A DNA stretch of 64,000 nucleotides from positions 35 to 64,034 of the forward strand of contig WTHB01000147.1 of assembly GCA_011523305.1 (NCBI GenBank). The letters run 5' to 3'. Source of the DNA: Planctomycetaceae bacterium. Its GTDB lineage: Bacteria > Planctomycetota > Planctomycetia > Pirellulales > UBA1268. Positions 59,917 through 64,000 of this stretch are shown here, piece by piece. A program made the position numbers and the translations under genes. The notes below the pieces were generated by a model. It was not told the DNA's origin. It made no database searches and was given only the letters and a program-made list of their open reading frames with translations. The number at the start of each line of letters is the position of its first letter. Position 1 is the stretch's first letter.

Positions 59917-60885
59917 TTAACTTCCACTAGGCTTCAGGCCCTTCAAGAAGGCGACTAGGGCCTCAATCTGCTGCTCATTCAGTGTCTGCGTGATATCCAC
60001 CATGCGATTGGCGTTTTCGTAGCCTTTGACGATGGCTGCCTGCGGCTTGAGGATCGACTCCCGAACATATGCCTCATCTGCCACCATGCTCTCAAGTTGA
60101 CCGTTTCGGCTGACAATCCGTGGGGCGGTCCAGAGATCAGCAAAACTTGGCCCAATCCGCTTTCCGCCATCCAGCGTGTGGCACGACATGCAGTGCACGG
60201 CGTAAAGCAGGCGACCATTGGTGGTCGGCTGCTGCCGCACAAATGATTCCTTCGTCGGCTTCAATTGCAGTCGGATCTGCGCCCAGGATTCTGTGGCAGG
60301 AATCCTGACAAACCCTGCCGCCGGTTGCTCGAGCCGGTCACTCAGTTCACACTGCTCAACAGCAGTCATCTCCATGCAATACAACCGAGGCTGTGTTCCC
60401 GGTGTAGGAAAGGCCAACTCAATCGTCACCTGGCCTGGGCCAAATGACAGGACCCGTTGCTCAATCGGAACGCCATCCACTGCAAAAAGAAATGCAGGGA
60501 TTCCCGTTGCCGGCTCGATGCGATACCCCGCGAACTCAACCGCTTCAGGGATCCTGTCCTCGGCCCCAATCCGAATTGGCACCTCGGCAGTTCCCAGGTT
60601 TCGCCGCACTCCAAGCGGTACCAGCGGCTGGCCGCCGCGGCCAGTCGCCTCCGGCCGGAAGTCGAGAAAGTCCCCAAACCACACGCTGACCAGACGGCAG
60701 CGGACCGGATCGAACAGATAGTTGAAGCCACCCGGCATGCCCACGGCAATGCTTCGCGGCAGCCCCTTGGTTACACAACGCTGCACAACCGCGCGGTCGG
60801 TCACCTCAATGTCGAACTGCTCGCCCGCAAACGCTGTGGTACTACAACTGATCAGGAGCAGAACGGCCAACACCTGCCTGTTCAT
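59917..60885 (-). CDS. Secreted cytochrome c protein (uncharacterised N-terminal domain + CoxB-type cytochrome c)
   Basis: CMSCH; GPSF...DEAYVRESILKPQA.IVKGY resembles the caa3 subunit II cytochrome domain; ATGA-coupled to the upstream gene. Confidence 0.82.
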   Translation of the reverse strand: MNRQVLAVLLLISCSTTAFAGEQFDIEVTDRAVVQRCVTKGLPRSIAVGMPGGFNYLFDPVRCRLVSVWFGDFLDFRPEATGRGGQPLVPLGVRRNLGTAEVPIRIGAEDRIPEAVEFAGYRIEPATGIPAFLFAVDGVPIEQRVLSFGPGQVTIELAFPTPGTQPRLYCMEMTAVEQCELSDRLEQPAAGFVRIPATESWAQIRLQLKPTKESFVRQQPTTNGRLLYAVHCMSCHTLDGGKRIGPSFADLWTAPRIVSRNGQLESMVADEAYVRESILKPQAAIVKGYENANRMVDITQTLNEQQIEALVAFLKGLKPSGS

Positions 60886-63506
60886 GGCAGCACCTCGTTG
60901 AGCGTATAGAAGGCCACGTTGTTTTCCAGGACTGCCCCCGACTCCGCTTCCACGTAGCCAAGGTCAAGCTCATAGACCTTGCCGGCCTTCACTGGAAGAC
61001 GAAGGCTGAGCACCGTGTGATCCTTGGAGAGGTCTGCCTGCTCAACCGGTCGCCCACGCACCTCCTGGCGGTCTGAGCCATACTCTGCCCAGTACAGATA
61101 GTGGAACTCTCGCACGGTCACCGCATCACCACCCACGGCATCAGCCACGGGCTGGGTGAAGTAGATGTCGAACCCGTGGGGTGTCAACGCAACTCGCTGC
61201 ATCTCAAACGGCGTGCTTGTGTTGTCGTAGCTAACCGTCTCGATGATGGGTTCTCCAGTCGTCCACCCCCGACCGACTGAACCGACCCACAGCCGGCCAT
61301 CCGGACCAAAACAGGTGGAATACGACGCACTCGCCAAAGGCCGAATGAACGGGAACACCGCCCCCTGATAGACCCCGTTTATCCTTTCCAGCGCAACCCG
61401 AATGATCGCCCGATGCGAGATGTCAGCGAGAAAAGCCTGCCCGCCAAATGGGCCAAAGCCGCTGGCGGGAGCAAACGCCGGATTTCCCGGTGAGTTGGCC
61501 AGGTCGCCATGAATAAGCCAGACCGCCGGCGGCTTTCGCTCTGCCCGGTAAGACACCTCATCCAGTGGCGGCACGGTCTCGACGGTCGCTTCGACCGAGC
61601 GATAATCCAGTTGCCGGGGCGTCAGCCCGTACTCAGGCCGATCCCAGAGCGTGGCTGGATGGCCGAGGAAATCGCCCTCCTCAACATGAGCCAGATACGA
61701 CGAGGCCACCCAGTCGCCTTGGTTATCGGTCACAAAGAGTTCGTCGTCAGCATTTATGCCGATTCCAGCAGGAGAGCGCAACCCACTGGCAAAGGGCGAC
61801 AGATTTCCCTGTGGGTCAACCTTCATCACCCAGCCACGGTAGCCAAGCGGTGACGACATCTGGCCGGTCTTCGATTCCTTCGCCTCGTGGTGACCCGAGG
61901 CCGCCAGCCCTGTTGAGAAGAAGAGGTTCCCAGCCGTGTTCCTGACCGGTCCATAGGCGAACTCGTGGTAATTACCCGTGAATCGAAAGCTGTTGGCAAC
62001 GGACTGATACAAATCTGCCCGGCCATCACCGTCGGTGTCCTCGAGCAACGTCAGTTCCGGCTTCTGCATGGTGTAGACGTCACGCCCGTTTGCCGCCACC
62101 CGGACCCCCAGCGTCTCATGTAACCCTTCGGCGAATCGTGTCCACACTCCGTTCAACAGTCGCCAAATATGGCCGGTCCGGGTTGAGACGAACAACGATC
62201 CATCGTCAGCGAAACTGAAGCCGGTCGGCTCAAAGAGGAAAGGTCGGTCTGGCGCAGGTCCTTCAACCTGATCCACCCTATAGCCTAAAGGCAGAACCTG
62301 CCCCCGCTTGCGGCGGACCAGGTCGATCTCAAACAGCGTCTGCCCCGGCTTGAGAAACTCCAACTGGTTTCGCTGGGCCTGCTGGCCGTTGGTGCCGACG
62401 CTGCGGTAGTTGGTCTGCTGCAGCCAATAGGTCAGCACCTCAGCCGACCCTTTCGGATGGGTGATCTCGAAGCGAATCCGCTGCCGCAGCGGCGACCGCA
62501 CTTCAAGCGTCTCGGCGACAACCCACGCTCGCTGCTGCTCTTTGTCTGACATTCGATACCGAACGACTACTTCATCGCCAACGACTTCGTACCCCAGCCA
62601 CATATAGTCAAACTCAACGCGTCCAACATTGTGGCCAACAGCCATCCGCCAAGGCTTTTCCCGAACAAAGAAGGACTCCGTGGCAACTTCATTGAGCGTC
62701 ACCGCACCAGCCGCATCGGCCCATCCCAGCGGCCCCTCCCAGATCGACACCAGGTGACAGGCGTTCGGGTCAAAGCTGTAGCAAATGCCGTTCGGCAGGG
62801 CGATGGCCAGCAGCGGGTGCGATACGCCGGGCTGCGGCACCTCCTTGACGACAATCTTCCCTGTGGCCGTGATCGGTGTGCCTCTCTTCCCAGCTTTCTG
62901 TTCGCTGAGAAACGCGATCAGATCATAGAACTCCTGCTCGCTTGCCAACTGATCGGTGAGCCCTTCAGGCATAGCCGATGGGGCCGGTTGCATCGCCTCA
63001 ATATCGACCCGGGGAATCTCCGTTGTCTTGCCAGTTTCTGGGCTGATGAGCACGACGGCCTCAGGAGATTCCGATACCACGACACCTTTGTGCACCATGC
63101 CGGCGTCGGTCAACACGACAAACGCAGCGTAGCCCTTGGCAATGCTGCGATTCGGATACAGCACCGCTTCAACAAGCTGCTTCGGGGTCAGACGGTCACC
63201 GATGGTTGTCTGCTCAGGGCCAATTGACCGCTGCCCTTCGGCCCGGGCCTGTGGGGAGACAACATGGCACTTCACACAGCCAAGCGTGTCGCGGCGGTAA
63301 ATGGCCTCACCGCGGCTGGCATCTCCCGACTGGATGGCGGTACCCGCAAGTTCTGCCGTCGCCCTTGCCCGTAACGCTGTTGTCAACGACGCGGCTGCGT
63401 CAGCAGCCCAGACCGCAGGGGAAGAAAGAGCCATGCCGCTCATGGCCCCGAGGAGAGCCAGAACCGCTGGGTGGAACCGCCGCAACAGACGCAGGGTGTA
63501 CTTCAT
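60882..63506 (-). CDS. Secreted haem c + beta-propeller (glucose/sorbosone dehydrogenase-like) multidomain protein
   Basis: CVKCH with IGP...YPN..I.KGY...SAMPEGL; propeller motifs FAEGLHETLG, DTDGDGRAD, YHEFAYG, ASGLRSPAG, TDNQGDW. Confidence 0.82.
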   Translation of the reverse strand: MKYTLRLLRRFHPAVLALLGAMSGMALSSPAVWAADAAASLTTALRARATAELAGTAIQSGDASRGEAIYRRDTLGCVKCHVVSPQARAEGQRSIGPEQTTIGDRLTPKQLVEAVLYPNRSIAKGYAAFVVLTDAGMVHKGVVVSESPEAVVLISPETGKTTEIPRVDIEAMQPAPSAMPEGLTDQLASEQEFYDLIAFLSEQKAGKRGTPITATGKIVVKEVPQPGVSHPLLAIALPNGICYSFDPNACHLVSIWEGPLGWADAAGAVTLNEVATESFFVREKPWRMAVGHNVGRVEFDYMWLGYEVVGDEVVVRYRMSDKEQQRAWVVAETLEVRSPLRQRIRFEITHPKGSAEVLTYWLQQTNYRSVGTNGQQAQRNQLEFLKPGQTLFEIDLVRRKRGQVLPLGYRVDQVEGPAPDRPFLFEPTGFSFADDGSLFVSTRTGHIWRLLNGVWTRFAEGLHETLGVRVAANGRDVYTMQKPELTLLEDTDGDGRADLYQSVANSFRFTGNYHEFAYGPVRNTAGNLFFSTGLAASGHHEAKESKTGQMSSPLGYRGWVMKVDPQGNLSPFASGLRSPAGIGINADDELFVTDNQGDWVASSYLAHVEEGDFLGHPATLWDRPEYGLTPRQLDYRSVEATVETVPPLDEVSYRAERKPPAVWLIHGDLANSPGNPAFAPASGFGPFGGQAFLADISHRAIIRVALERINGVYQGAVFPFIRPLASASYSTCFGPDGRLWVGSVGRGWTTGEPIIETVSYDNTSTPFEMQRVALTPHGFDIYFTQPVADAVGGDAVTVREFHYLYWAEYGSDRQEVRGRPVEQADLSKDHTVLSLRLPVKAGKVYELDLGYVEAESGAVLENNVAFYTLNEVLP

Positions 63507-64000
63507 AGATAGAGCGACCAGTTTATCAGTTCATACCCCATTCATGTCACCCACCGGCAGCCACTTACAGGCTGCAATTCCCCGCATTGACTCAGGTGCC
63601 ATCACCGCTTGCACGCGGAGACCAGTTGAGTGTGGGCTCTTTTGCTTGCCTCCCACCATAGGCTCGGTTGGCCTCCCGCAACCGGCTGTTCCCGGTTGCG
63701 TAGGCTGGTGGGTCATCCGGCTCGGCGAGCAGTGTTTCGGCTGCCTCCATTGCAGCAGACAGTGGCACACGGTCAACGCTTGCTCCCCCCGGCTCCGCCG
63801 CTGCTCGGCAGCTTGTCGTTCATCGAAAAGCTCTGTCTTATTATTCCTGCCCAGTCGGCCGCAACGCATAATCAACACCAGTCAGACTAAGCTCGACTGA
63901 CTGCTTCCATGCATTCAGACATTCGGCCATCGCACGCACTCGTTCTGAGTGCTGCGACGCCACATTAGCCGCCTCTCCAGGATCTGCAGCCAGATCGTAC

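Noticed and set aside
63507-64000. Short ORFs at the window end
   Set aside because: No recognisable motifs or consistent coding signal; treated as upstream non-coding sequence

Overview
GC-rich bacterial DNA with strong Planctomycetota (Pirellulales-like) hallmarks: a planctomycete 'LExLExR' surface-protein leader, a DUF1552/DUF1592 pair, DUF1570, a prenyltransferase-repeat protein and several sulfatases. All family assignments come from motif recognition in the translated ORFs, not from database searches. About 51 protein genes and one initiator tRNA-Met are supported. Housekeeping genes (lpxL-like, pgsA, rimO, ispG, trmL, rnc, degP-like, pdxJ, ppc) alternate with accessory blocks. (i) Directly after tRNA-fMet and a 77-bp tandem repeat that duplicates its terminator lies a lower-GC block: GH16, Tat Gfo/Idh/MocA, HEAT, FG-GAP, DUF1592 and DUF1552. 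(ii) A possible light/stress block holds a tandem GIY-YIG-like protein, TauE, a stand-alone BLUF, an SDR, and a YbjT/DUF2867 protein fused to an M48-like membrane domain. (iii) A sulfated-glycan (probably fucan) block holds two sulfatases, GH29, an esterase and a HAD, headed by two coupled cytochrome c proteins that share an uncharacterised domain. The most unexplained non-coding signal is a ~170-nt helix-rich segment with a strong terminator downstream of rnc, a candidate ncRNA. No CRISPR array, integrase or transposase was recognised.
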